Shown in pieces: positions 32,906 to 45,443 of a DNA stretch of 64,000 bases (its first letter is position 1; each line of letters opens with the position of its first letter). The stretch comes from Emiliania huxleyi CCMP1516. Lineage: Eukaryota. The DNA lies in assembly GCF_000372725.1 (NCBI RefSeq), contig NW_005202428.1, positions 1,349,331 to 1,413,330 of the forward strand, given 5' to 3'. The position numbers were made by a program, and so were the translations under genes. The notes beneath the pieces are model-generated. The model was given only the letters and a program-made list of their open reading frames with translations. It was not told where the DNA came from and did no database searches.

Positions 32906-35141
32906 TCACTTCAGTCCAGGTCCAACACAGGCGGTGCCACCGCTGCTGCGGGAGCCGCCGCTGGGGCCGCCGTCACGGTCGCGCCGCCGCCGCCGCCGCT
33001 GCCGCCGCCGCCGCCGCCTGAAGACCCGAGCGCGAGGGCGCCGTCGCTGCCGACGCTGGCCGCCGCCGCGTCGAGGATGGCCGGCCAGTAGGCCTCCCCG
33101 AGGCTGTTGAGCCTGCTGAGGAGCGCCGCGGCGTTCTTCTGCAGCGACGCGGCGAGCGCTTGCTCGATGCGCGTCTTGACCGTCTCGGAGAAGAGCGAGG
33201 CGGCCTTGGTCGCGAGCCAGCCCATCGCGGCGGACCCGCTGCTGCGCACCTGCGGGGGCCGCGGCGGCGCCAGCTCGAGGCCGGAAGCTCTGGTCCACCG
33301 GGGGTGGATTGACTGGCTGGACCGCTTGGCTGACGAGGCACCGTAAGGTCGAGGTGGTGCAGCTTGATCAGGGGCGGGTCCATGCCGAGCTGCGGAGGAG
33401 CCGGCCCCGCGCCGCCAGCCGCCTCCTCCGCCGCCCCTCTCGGAGGCGCCGCCGCGTCCGCCACGCCGCCGGCCGCCTTTGCGAGCCGCGCCGCCGCCCA
33501 CGCCCGTGCGGCGGACGTCTGGTCGAGTCGAAAGGAGAGGCGAATCTCAGACGCGCCCGAGTGGCACTCGAGCTCGCCTGAGCAGCGGCTACAGCCGTGA
33601 AGAGACGCTGTTCACAGCTCCGAGCCGCCCGAGTGGCGCTCGAGCTCGCCTTCGCCGCCCACCCTCGCCCACCGCTGGTGCTGCACCTTCCAGCGGACGC
33701 CTCGTAGCCGGAAGGAGACGCCCCTCGCCTAACAAAGAATTGTGTTTGCGAAAAAGAAACACGCCGCGCCGCCGGAAGGCGACGCCCCTCGCCTCGAGGA
33801 CGAGGGCGGGACCGTCCGCGACGGCGAGAGTGAGGCGGTCGGGCGGGATGTGCAGGCTGCTCAGGTCGATGTCGCTCAGCTCGTACGCAAGCGACTCGCC
33901 TACTCACGGCCAGAGGCGTGGGGGGGCGCTGATCACGGCAGCAGCAGCTCGCGCGCCAGCGACTCGCCCTCGGCGCAGCGTGAGACGGGCGGCACCTCGC
34001 ACCGTCAAGCGAGGGGTGTGAAGGGAGGGGCGTGAGGAGAGGCGCACCTCCGCTAATCCATTACTACTGCTGAGAGAGTTGATTCCTCGACTCCTCAAGC
34101 ACCTCCACCGTCGGCAGGTACAGAGGTGCTACTCTAGTACTACTGGGGGAGTTGAAAGCACCTCCACCGTCGGCAGGTACGAGGAGAGGTACGAGAGCAG
34201 CGCGTCGCGGGCGCGGCTCAGCAGCTCGGCGCGCGCTTCCGGGTCGACGAGCGCGCGCTCCCCGTCCGAACAGATCGCCTGCACTGCGCCGCTGTCGAGC
34301 CGCTGCAGGGCGGCGACCTAGGCGAAGGTCCCGAGAAGGGTCGGCGAGGGCTCTGCCCGCCGCTGCCGAGCCGCTGCAAGGCGACCCCGTGCGCCAGCGC
34401 CTGCTGCCCGAGCTTCTGCTCCTGCACCCACTGGACGGCTCCGCCCAGCCGCCCGCCGTCGCCCAGCCCGCCGTCGCCCGGCTGCCCGCCGTCGCCGCCG
34501 CCCTGACTGCTTCCGGCGCAGACGTCGCACTTGACGCTCCCGCCGACGACGCGGAGCTGCACCTGCACCGCCGGTGGCGAGGGCTGCAGGCTACCGGTGG
34601 CGAGCGCGAGGACTCTGCGCAGAGCGTCCGGCTCGACGCCGCTTGTGGCGACGAACGATGCGCCCGCACTGACCGCGCTGCCGACGATGCCGCTGTCCAC
34701 CGCGCCACGCAGGCGGCTGACTGCGCCGTCGATGACCGCCGCGCTCTCCGCGGCCGCCGTGACGGACTGCTCCTCGACGTACCCGAGCACAGAGATGGCA
34801 GACTCGGAAGCCAGCACGTGGCCAAGCACCCGGTTGCCCTCCCGTCTGAGCGCCTCCAGCTCCTCCGACGATGCCACCGCGTCCAGCGCCGCTCGCACAG
34901 ACTCGCCGCCGCCAGGTGCCATAACAGCAGCGACAGCAGCGTTGGGGAATGAATCGACGCTGATCCCGGCCGACTCAAGTTGCTGCCGAGCGGCCGCGGC
35001 AACGTCGTCGAGGGAGGGAGCGCCCTGCTCGGCCAGCACCTCTTTCACCGTCTGGTCCACGCGGCCCACTGCCGAGCTTAACTTTGCCGCCGCGACCGAC
35101 GCCGTGGCCGCCGCTCTCTCGGCGAGGGCGTCGGCGTCCAT
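32906..35141 (-). CDS. Multi-exon hypothetical protein; C-terminal half weakly resembles a BPI/TULIP-like lipid-binding fold
   Basis: Start MDADALAERAAATAS; helical Ala-rich exons, then LSSYLPTVE, YELSDIDLSSLHIPPDRLTL and WLATKAASLFSETVKTRIEQAL. The fold call is inference. Confidence 0.5.
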
Positions 35142-35507
35142 ATATTTATGTACACACGTGCACACACGCGGGCGGCCGGTGGGGCGCGTGAGGTCCGCAC
35201 GCACTTCGCGACGGGCAGGCTCGATACGGCCGCTGGCCGGGGCGGCCGCTCGACCGGCCGCCGCGGTCGTTCCGGCGGCGGCGTCGGCGTCGGCGTCGCA
35301 GCGAACTGGGTTCGGCTCCTACCCAGATAGGGGGTCTGCGGCACGGTTAGACCCTATGCAATACATAGATACACACGTGTGTGGTGGGGGCCGAAGCCGC
35401 GAAGCGGCTGGACGTGACAGTTTTTCTTTGTGGCTACGTGTCGATGAGAGCTCTCCTTCTGGACGGTCTGGGGGGGGGGGGGGGGATAGGTAGGTAGGGC
35501 GGATCAG

Positions 35508-35820
35508 AACGGGCTCGACCCGCGCTTCTCCAAGGGCGGCTTCTACGGCAAGGGCATATACCTCGCGGAGGACCCGTCCTACCCGATCGGCGGCCGGTAC
35601 GCGCACCGCTCTCCGCTCGGGCGGGAGCCGCGTGCAGCTCTCATCGTGAAGGCTCGCAGCAAGAGATGCAGCGCATCAGCGCGGAGACGAGGGCGATGTG
35701 CATGCCGGACGTGCGTCGAGGGCCCTCCCCGACTTCTCTACGTTCTACGACAGCGTGCGCGGCGGGCCGCACCGCCCCTTCGTCTCCGGCGGAGGCGAGA
35801 ACGGGTGCGACGCCTCGCCA
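35508..35820 (+). pseudogene. PARP/ADP-ribosyltransferase catalytic-domain fragment, frameshifted
   Basis: Manual translation gives NGLDPRFSKGGFYGKGIYLAEDPSYPIGGRYAHR (PARP G..YG.GIY.A motif), then broken frames LIVKA and YDSVRGGPH. Confidence 0.7.
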
Positions 35821-37000
35821 GGCATCGGCATGGCTCGGACGCCGCTCCCGCGAGAGGAAGTGTTTGCTGGCGGGGTGGGGGCGAGAAGCGGACCACAGCG
35901 AAGCAGCGGGTTTTCTTCTTTCCTTATTAAATTCTTCTTTACTTTCCCGTATTTTTTGCGAGCCTTCGATGTTATGAAACAAACGCAAGGCGGAGGGTCT
36001 GCCCTGCTCTCGTCTGCGCTAGTTTCTGCTTCGTCCTCACCGGCGTCTCTCCTCTTCCTTCTCCCCTTCTTGTATGCTTTGTACATCGCGTCGATTCCTT
36101 TTCGCGTGAGCACCAGCCTGAAGCCCGCCCAGCATCTGAACCGCTCCCTAAGTCGAAGGAGCATCATCAGTCTCACCCACTTCGCTCTCTGCCCACCGTC
36201 TCCGCTCCCTCCCGCTTGAGCCGCCGTCGCGGCCCTCGTTCGTCCCACTGGCTGTTGGCCCGTCCCTGCGTTGCCTGCGTTATCCCTCCTCTGCGACTCC
36301 CTCAAGGCCGGCCGAGCCTCTTTCCACCCAGTGAAGAGCTTCCTCAGCCACTCGATGTGTTCCTCTCTCTTCATTATGGCCCTCCGTAGTATCGCATAAA
36401 TAAATAAATAAAAACGGACACCTCTACTGTGAGATGGGTAAAAAGGAACAGGCCCCCGCCCTCACGATCTTCGTGCAGGGTTCTTTGTGGTTGAGGGTGT
36501 GGTCGGCGACTAGCCGGGGTCGTCCTCCCGCGATGGGGGACTAGCACTAGCCGTCTTCCACATGGTCCCTCGGGTCCCTGCTGCTCCTAATCTCTTCGTA
36601 CATCCTCCTGCTGATCTCCGCAAAGTCCTGCTCCCCCCCTCGTCTCGCCCTGCGCGTCTGCTCCGCCTCACCGTCTTCTGCCCTGCGTCGTCTGGCGACG
36701 GGTCCTCCATAGTCGGTCGAGGTCGCCGCCCTCCGTAGTATCGCGAGGCGTCCCTCTCCCCTCGTTTGCAGAGGGGTCGGCATCTGGACCCAAAGGTTGG
36801 TGCCCAGCAAGTGTGAGTGGTGAGCCGCGTGCACGGCTCTGCGGTATTGCTGATCGCGCGGGCTCTTGGACGGCGCCGCTCGCCCCGGTTTCTTTTTTCT
36901 CAGCGTAAGTTCTGTTTTGGTTTTCTTCGTGTCCACACACACATGCACATGTGCATGCACATGCGAAGAATGCCCTGAGCCCTCCGTTTCCCCTGAACTC

Positions 37001-38425
37001 TCATGACACTCTTGACACACCGACGGGCTCCTCCCCAGCGTCGGCTCTGTGCCACGTCGTCGTCCCGTCGGCATGGTCGCATACGACGACACGGGCCGAC
37101 TCCAGCCGTCGCATCGCCGCGTCGGAGCGATCAAACTCCTTCGCCGCGCGCCACTCCCCACGACGGCGCACCAAGGCCGTGACCGTCGCACTGTCGAGCG
37201 GCCCGCGCGACTCGACCAGCTCGTCGAGCGCCGCAGCGTCCGCCTCGGCGGCGGCAGCCGCGGCTGCCGCGGCCCTCGCCGCGGCCTGCTCGTGCTGCTC
37301 CGCCGCCTCGGCCGCCTCCGCCGCCTCGTAATCGTAGCCGACGAGGGCGCTCGTCGGCGCGCCGCGTCGCCTGCTCCACGATACGAGTCCGTCGTCGGAG
37401 GAGTCGTCGTCAGAGGGTGCGCCTGCGCTACCCTCGCCGCGGCCCTCCTCCGTCTGGCCCTCCTCGCCCTCGTCGCTCTCGTCGCTCTCCTCCTCCGAGG
37501 GGGGCAGGTCCATGTCGTCCATGTAGCTCCCCGCCGCGACCGCGCGCCGCTTCGCGGCCTCCCTCTCCGCCTGGTCCGCCGCCTTCTCGGCTAGCATGCT
37601 GGCCTCCGCCGCGCGCACCCCCGCGGCGTCCGGCGCGGCGGCGTACGCGTCGAGAGCCGCGCGGTTGAGGCGAAGGAACTCGGCGCCAAACGAGAACTGC
37701 GCCATCAGGTCGTGAGCATCCTGCTGGAGGCCGACAATGTAGAGGCTCGCGGCCATCGCCTCGGCCGTGTTCATCTTGAAGGGGCGGCCGTAGTTCACCG
37801 GGTTGGCCGCAACCATGTAGGGCAGGATCCGGTGGAGCCGGGCGCGGCCGAGCTTGCGCGACGGCACCTTGTCGAGCTGGTTCCACGAGCAGTTGACGCC
37901 GCCCACGCCGTGCACGCGCACTGTCTCCAGGTCCTCGCGCGAAATGACAGTCTGCGCCTCGCTGCTCAGCACGATGCCCGCGTAGTTCTGCCCGACCTTG
38001 AGCGTCTTGGCCATGCCCAGCCGCACCAGCTTTGAGCCGCTGTCGCGCTTGGAGTCATTCTGGTTGAACTCCCACATCCGCAAGACGCCCGCGAAGCGAC
38101 GCCGCGCCACCAGCGTCTCATTGCCGCCACCACAGTCGTCGTCGCTGTCGCTGCCGCCGTCGCCACTGCCGGCGTCCTCGTCCTGTCCTTCTTCGCTCTC
38201 GCTATCCGTGGGCACCATCCCTGTGGTCGCTGCCTGCGGGGCGAGCACATCCTCCTCCTCCTCGCTGCTCTCACCCTCCTCCTCCGCGCCAGCCTCGGCG
38301 TGTGTCGTCGCGCTGCTGCCGCCGCCGCCGCTGCCGCCGCTGCAGCTGCCGCCACTGCGTCCACGTCCACGTCCACGGCCGCGGCCGCGGCCGCTTCCGG
38401 CACGAGCACTGCCGGCACGCGGCAT
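37001..38425 (-). CDS. TSR3: 18S rRNA aminocarboxypropyltransferase TSR3 with C-terminal extension
   Basis: MWEFNQNDSKRDSGSKL, VNCSWN, RILPYMVAANPVNYGRPFKMNTAEAMAASL, FSFGAEFLRLN; RG-rich N-terminus. Confidence 0.93.
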   Translation of the reverse strand: MPRAGSARAGSGRGRGRGRGRGRSGGSCSGGSGGGGSSATTHAEAGAEEEGESSEEEEDVLAPQAATTGMVPTDSESEEGQDEDAGSGDGGSDSDDDCGGGNETLVARRRFAGVLRMWEFNQNDSKRDSGSKLVRLGMAKTLKVGQNYAGIVLSSEAQTVISREDLETVRVHGVGGVNCSWNQLDKVPSRKLGRARLHRILPYMVAANPVNYGRPFKMNTAEAMAASLYIVGLQQDAHDLMAQFSFGAEFLRLNRAALDAYAAAPDAAGVRAAEASMLAEKAADQAEREAAKRRAVAAGSYMDDMDLPPSEEESDESDEGEEGQTEEGRGEGSAGAPSDDDSSDDGLVSWSRRRGAPTSALVGYDYEAAEAAEAAEQHEQAAARAAAAAAAAAEADAAALDELVESRGPLDSATVTALVRRRGEWRAAKEFDRSDAAMRRLESARVVVCDHADGTTTWHRADAGEEPVGVSRVS

Positions 38426-38629
38426 TTCTGCACGTAGGGCACGCACCCACACACGGCCCCGGGCGATGGCAGCGGCGCTGTCTCGCGGTCTCTTGGGGAG
38501 GGGGGGGGGGCGAGACCTCGGAAGAGTTGCTCTTCGCAATGGGTCCCTCGAGAGGGGTACCCTGGGTGGGGGGTACTCGCCAGGCACACGGCCACAAGAG
38601 ACAGCCGCCAAAAGAAACCGCAGGAGGCT

Positions 38630-40056
38630 TCATGTATGGTAACGCTTGCGGCCATAATCGCCCCCGGGTGTCGTCTGCACGCGCCGCGGCACCGAGGCCC
38701 GGCCTGGCTTGCGGCGGCGCCACGCTTCGCGGGGTCGGGCGCCACTGTCCACCTTCGCGCAGCACCGCACGTGCTGCGGCGGTCGGAGGTGCCGCGCCGC
38801 CGCACCGAGCGCCGCCGTTGCGTTCCAGCCCCACTCGGCGCATGCGCCGCAATCGAAGCTATCGTGCGAGGCATTGTACATGTCGAAGAGGTCGGCCACC
38901 ATGCGCGCGTGCATCGAGTTGAGCACCTTGTGCACCACCAGCACCTTTGCCGCGTACTTGGACAGGTTCTTCTCGCGCGCATCCACCCACCGCATGTTGT
39001 GCACCCAGTTCTGCGGGCGGGCGGGGCAGCGAGGCGGGGGTGAGGAGTGGGAGTGAGGGGTGCGTTTGGGCGCACACTAGGGGATGGCGCGAGCGGAGGC
39101 CGCCCCACCTCGAGAGTGAAGTACGTGACTGGCAGCTGCAGGGCAGCCGCCCGCCGCAGCAGCAGGTAGGCGAGGCCAACGTCCTCGTGGTCCCAGCCGG
39201 CGTCGGCGCGAAAGTCGTCTGCGGTGGGACGATCGGTGCCCTGCCCCTCCTCCAGGGCCTCTCTGGCAAGGCGCGACGACATTACGTTCAGGCTGCCGTC
39301 GGCGAAGGGGAAGGGTCCCACCGCACCCTTGCACGCTGCAGTCTCCAGCACGAGGGCACGCTGCGCGGGGAGCGAGTCCGGGAGCCAGGCATCCTGAAGG
39401 CTGCCACACGCGCAGCCGACGTTAAGGGCCGGACAGCCGCCTGCATTCTGTACAGTCGGGCCGGAGCCAGGCGGCAGGGGCGGCTGCCAGAGCCTCCAGC
39501 GGAGCGTGCCATAGTAGGCGTAGGACGAGTGACGCCGGCGGCCGCCTTCCCTGCGCCCCTGCGCCGCCATGAGCAGCATGTCGGCGCGCAGCTTTGGAAG
39601 GTGCAGAAGCGAGTCGTCGTCCACCTTGGCGATCCACTGGTACGACGCGTACGACGCATCACCCGCAGCGTGCCGGTACCATGCGAGCGTCTTGTGCGCC
39701 ACAGACGTCTTGCTGCACTCGGGCGCTTCGACGCGGACCCAATCGGCGTAGCGCTGCAGTTCCCAGTGGACGACTGCGAGCGGCTCCCGATTGCAGCACA
39801 TGCTGAAGCCGCAGCCACTCATGTCGCCGAGCACGTATCGGACCGCCACGTCCGGCATGCTGCCAAGTGAGGGTGCGTAGTGCATGCGCTGCCAGGTGCG
39901 CTGGTCAAAGTTGAGCGGCGCAGTGATGACGCCGATGACGAGGAGATGAGCCGAGGGCAGGACGCTGCTGGCCGCGCGAGCGCGAGCACGCCTGCGCAGC
40001 GCTCCGGGGCGCACACCAAGCACGGGCGTGCTCAGGGTGAGGCAGATGGCGAACAT
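38630..40056 (-). CDS. GT31-like (galactosyltransferase family) glycosyltransferase, 2 exons
   Basis: Signal/anchor MFAICLTLS; WIAKVDDDSLLHL (DxD), PFPFADGSLNVMS, HEDVGLAY, VVHKVL; GT-AG intron 39011-39108. Confidence 0.8.
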
Positions 40057-40138
40057 GAGTGAGAGCACTCCCGCGCCACAAGTCAAACTCGAACGTCCCC
40101 CATGTGCTTTTGGCTTGCACGTACGTACTTGGCTGTCT

Positions 40139-41626
40139 TCTGATAAACGCAGTATGGAAGATACAAAGAGACGGAGGAGCAACGAGCGCCCTGGCGTGAG
40201 CCAACGACACTCCCTCCGTAGACACTGATCACACACGGGTGGGACAGGGTGGGTCACAACGAAGCACGAGAGCGTGCGTGCACGACAGAGCGACAGCGCA
40301 GCGCACTGACTCACAACTTTCAAGTTCTGGCGGTGCTTTTGGCAACCAGCTGCGCAATATGATCAGTTCTAATGAACGTGCCGGGGCCCGACGGATAGAT
40401 GAATCCGGGGCTAGGGTGCCCACAGGGCCCCAAAAAAGAAAGGAAAAAAGAAATGGGGCACCCCCGATCGCAGCACTTCGTGTTGGCCAGTCGAGAAATT
40501 GAGAGTGTGACTAGGAGGGTGGGACGCTGGGGATTCTCAAAGGTATACCCTTGGAATGGCCGGATCCAGCCTTCAACGTACGAGATCGCGCGCGCTTCGC
40601 GCGCTGCACCGCCTATTCTCCGCGGCTGTGTGACGACGCGTGCCGTGTGCCAGCAGAGTTGAGCGCGCGCGGCGCGACGGCGCCCGCGAGGGAAGGCGCG
40701 GGTGCAGCGGCCGCCGGCGGCCGTACCGCCCGCCAGCCGGCGCAGCAGCGGCCAGCGCAGCGGCCGCCGGCGCAGCAGCCAGATCAGCCGGTGCGCGCCT
40801 TGCGAGGCGAGTACTGCCGCCCGGCAGCCTTGAGGCGGCCGGGCGGCAGTACTCGTTCGAACTTTGCGAGCCGTGCGCGCGCCGAGGCGCCCGCGGCGCG
40901 CGTCCGCCCGGCTGCCAGTAGGAGGCGGCGCAATATGGCCTATAGTACAGCCCTTGAGGAGGAGGAAGAGGCTGGCTGGCAGTGCTGTATGCCGCCGAGG
41001 GGCAGTTTTGGGGTGCTGACCCACGCCCAGCGGGCTGCAGAATGCGTCCGCAGCCGGGACAACCCGCCCCCCCTGCCGAGGCCGGTCGAAGCCCACTTGG
41101 AGGCAGCCATGAGGAGTCCTTTTGGTGCTCCTGGCGCCCGTTGGAATGGCGAGCGCGCGCCGATGGGGGGGGGGGGGTCTTGCTTGCTCCACACCGAGCG
41201 CCATCGGTCCGGACCGGTGCCTCCACCGAGGGGTGGCCTGCACAAGGTCTGAGCCGCGGGCGCTCGGCGCCAAGTGCAGTGTCACGCTCGCACTGGAGCG
41301 GGTCACAATGGGAAACCCTCGTTTCCTATGTACTCGGTCCCCCAACGGAAGAGGCCTCGCTCCTATTGGAACTGGCCAACATCAGATTTGCCTCGTGCGT
41401 CCCTTTTTGAGCCGGAAAGCTATTTTCTTTTGGGTCCTGTGGGCACCCTACCGGGGCACCCTCCGCTCGAATCCCTGGCTGGGGGTTCGAGGCGGCCCCC
41501 ACCCTGGGGCCTCCCATCAAAGGGACTGCGGCAGAAGACGCCCAATCTTGCACAAGTGCAAGAACCATACGTCTGATAAACGCAGTATGGAAGATACAAA
41601 GAGACGGAGGAGCAACGAGCGCCCTG
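40139..41626 (+). repeat. Identical 55-bp direct repeats (40139-40193, 41572-41626)
   Basis: tctgataaacgcagtatggaagatacaaagagacggaggagcaacgagcgccctg occurs twice. Confidence 0.97.
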
Positions 41627-42077
41627 ATCACAAAATTTGCGATGGCCCGGATCGAAACCTGTACTTTGGCCAAGTACGGGTGTCCCAGAAAACAGATCCC
41701 AGAAAAAACAGAGCGCGCCGCAGAAACCGACATCGACCCGTGGGTTTTTCGGCTATGGGAAACCGCCATGGCCCATGGAAACCCCGGCAACCGCCTCAGA
41801 AACCCAGTGGGAAACACCGAGGTCTGGTGTCTGCTTTATCCGCCACGAATGACCGCACACGGGGGGGGGGCTGTTCCTTTTTACCCATCTCACAGTAGAG
41901 GTGTCCGTTTTTATTTGTTTAAAGCCGTGTGGGGATTTTTACACGACGACCCACCGCGCGAGCGCCGACCGTACACACACGACATGCAGGTACACATGCA
42001 AAGCGCGGCGGCGGAGAAGCGGCGGGATGCGGCGCCCGGCAGCGGGGCGACGGGGAAGCGCGGGCGGCCCGACGCTG

Positions 42078-43673
42078 TCAGGTGGTGAACCGAGGGCCCC
42101 CGAGGCGCTCTGGCAAGCTCGCCGGGTAGGGGGAAAGCTCCGACCTGCCTGGCGAGTAGGGCCTGTCCGAGTAGCGTCCGGACAGCGGCGACGGCTCGGG
42201 CGGCAAGTACCTACCAGGTTCGGGAAGGGGTCCCAGAGCCCTCCATGTGAAGGAGCGGCGACGGTGGCGGGGTCAAGGCGCACTCGAAGTCGCGCGGCGT
42301 CAGGCCGAGGAGGGCATCCTCGGCGGGGGAGTACCTGCGTGTGAGGACCTCTCGCTCCCCGCCGCCCCGAGGTGTGTGTGTGTGTGGTGGTGTGTGTGTG
42401 TGTTGGGGGGAGGGGGGGGGGGGGGGGGGGGGGGGGCGTACTCGGACGTCGGCGGCGAGCCGAGCCGGTAGTGCGACGCTGCGGCGAGGACAGCGGCGGC
42501 GTCGAGCGAGTCTGTGCCGAGCAGCATGGTGCGGTACCTGTCGGACCAGGTCCTGGAGGAGTGGGGAGGAGGCTCGTGCGAGTGTGCGCCAGGCAGCGAG
42601 TGCGGTGCATGTCTCGTATCCGAGGAAGCGACCAGCCGTACACAAAGGCGTTGAGTGCGCCCTGCAGCGGCAGGCGGGGAGAGCGTGGAGGTGAGGCAGT
42701 GGCCTCTGCGCACACAATGTGGTGGGGCGAGGGCCAGGCAGCCCTCGCATCTCCACGCCCAGGCAGGCGAGGCAGGAGGCGGCACGGCATTGACAGTGCA
42801 AGGCCCAGTGGCGGAGCAGGCCTGCAGCGGCATGCACATCGCCTCGAGCGCCGCGAGCCCGTACGAGGGGGCTCGCCTCGCACCGCAGAGCAGCACCTGC
42901 AGCCGCACCAGCAGGGAGGGGAGCCAGACGACGGCGAAGACGAGCAGGTAGAGCGACGTCGAGCGAGAGACGCGGGCCTCGGTGGCAGAGCGGCAGACGA
43001 GCGCATACGTCGCCGTGTTGAAGGCGAACGCACCAACCAGCGGGAGGTAAAAGGCGAGGAGGTACTGCGGCGTAAAGTCGGGCCCGACGGCGCAGTACGA
43101 GCCGGCGTCGCCGACGTACCCCAGGGCGTACGTGCCGCCGGCGAGCAGCGCGGGCAACGGCCAGCAGAGCGCGTGGAAAGTGAGCTCGGCGTCGCGCAGC
43201 GAGATGCGCGGCGCCGTGGCGGCGGGCGGGGCCACGTCGCGGTAGAGCGTGCGCGCGAAGCAAGAGGTCCAAAAGATGGACGCGAGGTTGAAGTAGAGCA
43301 GCCCGACGGCCTGCACCTCGCAGAGTGGCGAGGGACTGTCGCCGGGCGCGCCGTCGGCGGCCGGGTAGGCGGTGTCGACGAGCACCCCGCACATGTTGAA
43401 GATGGAGGCAAAGCCGTCAGCGACGGCGAGGTAGCCGATCAGCCGCATCGCGAAGAAGCGCTTGGAGAGCTCGCGGAAGCGGTACATCGAAACCAGCACG
43501 AGGCTGGTGCCCGCGAGCGATAGCGTCGCGCTGACGAAGACGATGAGGCGGAGGTGCCACTCCTCCTCGAGCGAGAGCGGCGTCTTGCGGCCGCCCTCGC
43601 CGGCGAGGCCCATCAGCGGCTCTCCCTCGCCGGAGAGGCCCACCAGCAGCTGTCCCTCGCCGGCGAGACTCAT
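42078..43673 (-). CDS. cAMP-receptor/GCR1-like 7TM GPCR, multi-exon
   Basis: SATLSLAGTSLVL, RLIGYLAVAD, LCEVQA...FNLASIFWTSCFA, HALCWPLP, YLLVFAVVWLPS and PLQGALNAFVYG. Confidence 0.85.
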
Positions 43674-43849
43674 CAGTCTCGCCGCTCTGCCTCTCACTGC
43701 CGCCTCCGCGCCGGCCGAGACCCTGAACCGCTCTAGCGCTTCGCCTGTGCGATTCGCCGACTTGATTCCAAGGAGAAATCGACTTGGCAGGAGGAAAAAA
43801 AATTTCTCGCGCCTGAGATTGGGGACGGGAAAAAAATTTTTTTTTCGCG

Positions 43850-45097
43850 ATGTCCACCCCGCGGCGCCGCTCGCGCCGCCTCGCCGCCGCCGCCGCCGCC
43901 GCCGCGCACTGCCCCCTCACCGACCTGCCCCTTGAGCTCCTCGCGCGCGTCATCTCTCGCTGCGACCCCGCCGACATCGCTCGTTTCGGGGCCGTCTCGC
44001 TGCTCTTCCACGCCTCGCTCGCTCAGGAGGGCATCCGCTTGTTGGCGCAAGAGCGCGGCTTCGAGCTGCCGGCGCAGCCAGAGGGCGAGAGCTGCGCCGT
44101 GCGGTGGCTGTGCTATTCGGCGCTGCTGTGCGAGTCCAACCCGCCGGCGAGGCTGGCCACAGGCGAACGGCACAGCGTCTTCATCGACGGCGAGGGGCGG
44201 CTCTCGTCGTGCGGCAATGCGCCGTCGTACCTTGGAGGACTGCTCGGGCACGGCAATGGCGTGATGCAGCTCAACACGCCGACCCGCCTCCTCTCGATGC
44301 TGGGCGGTGAGCGCGCCGTGAGCGTGTCGGCCGGAGCATTCCACAGCCTCGCCATCACCGCCGATGGCGCCGTCTGGAGCTGGGGCGGTGGAATGTACGG
44401 CAAGCTGGGCCGCGGTGACCAGCAGCGCCAGCTGCTGCCCAAGAAGGTCGAGGCCTTTGACCAGTGTGTCGTTGCTCTGTTGGCTGGAGATATGCACAGC
44501 CTCGCCCTCACCGCCGACGGCGCCCTCTGGAGCTGGGGCGATGGATGCCATGGCAAGTTGGGCCACGGCGACGAGCAGAACCAGCTGCTGCCGAAGAAGG
44601 TCGACGCATTTGCTGGGCAGCGCATCGTCGCAGTATCGGCTGGAGGCGAGCACAGCTTCACCCTCACCGCCGACGGCGCCGTCTGGAGCTGGGGCCGTGG
44701 AAACTTTGGCCGGTTGGGCCACGGCGACACGCAGAGCCAGCTGCTGCCGAAGAAGATCGGGGCCTTTGCTGATCAGCGCGTCGTTGCCGTGTCGGGTGGG
44801 TGGGGGCACAGCTTCGCCCTCACCGCCGACGGCGCCGTCTGGAGCTGGGGCTGGGGAGCCTTTGGCCAGCTGGGCCACGGCGACCAGCAGGCCCAGCTGC
44901 TGCCGAACAAGATCGAGGCCTTTGCTGGCCAGCGCGTCGTCGCTGTGTCGGCTGGAGAGCAGCACAGCCTCGCCCGCACCGCCGACGGCGCCGTCTTCGC
45001 CTGGGGTGAGGGCAAGCGCGGCCGCCTAGGCCACGGAGAGCACCTGTCGAACCAACTGCTGCCCAAGAAGATCGAGACGTGGGCGCCGGGGCAGTGA
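43850..45097 (+). CDS. F-box-like + RCC1-repeat protein, intronless
   Basis: LTDLPLELLARVISRCDPADIARF, followed by about six repeats of VSAG..HSLALTADGAVWSWG.G..G.LGHGD...QLLPKK. Confidence 0.9.
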   Translation: MSTPRRRSRRLAAAAAAAAHCPLTDLPLELLARVISRCDPADIARFGAVSLLFHASLAQEGIRLLAQERGFELPAQPEGESCAVRWLCYSALLCESNPPARLATGERHSVFIDGEGRLSSCGNAPSYLGGLLGHGNGVMQLNTPTRLLSMLGGERAVSVSAGAFHSLAITADGAVWSWGGGMYGKLGRGDQQRQLLPKKVEAFDQCVVALLAGDMHSLALTADGALWSWGDGCHGKLGHGDEQNQLLPKKVDAFAGQRIVAVSAGGEHSFTLTADGAVWSWGRGNFGRLGHGDTQSQLLPKKIGAFADQRVVAVSGGWGHSFALTADGAVWSWGWGAFGQLGHGDQQAQLLPNKIEAFAGQRVVAVSAGEQHSLARTADGAVFAWGEGKRGRLGHGEHLSNQLLPKKIETWAPGQ

Positions 45098-45443
45098 GGA
45101 GAAGGGCGAAAGGGTGCAAGGTCCTGTGTTGCCGCGTTGTGTTGCCGCGTTGCCCACGTGCCTATCGCCACCTGCGACGTATGTTGCGAGAGGCGAATCC
45201 GGCCCCACGAGCGAGCCCCACCACGATTTTGGCACAAGACACTTGGAGCACTTGGAGTGCAGTCGGTAACCTCACATCCAGGGCCGGGGAGCTAAGAAGC
45301 GTACCCAGCGGGCCGGATGATCTCTACAAAAACTCACATGAAAGCGGCGAACGAGGCACGGTTAACTTCGCGTTCCTCTTTTTTTGCGGCTGTCGCGGCA
45401 CGAGCGTCGAGCGTCGCCGTGGCGCTGCCAAGCTGCCAAGCAG

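Noticed and set aside
35745..36374. 209-aa basic ORF as a transposase or RT remnant
   Set aside because: No catalytic motifs were recognisable.
37966..40323. 785-aa single ORF / GT31-TSR3 fusion
   Set aside because: It is read-through of intron 39011-39108. The spliced GT31 stops at 38630 and TSR3 is in another frame.
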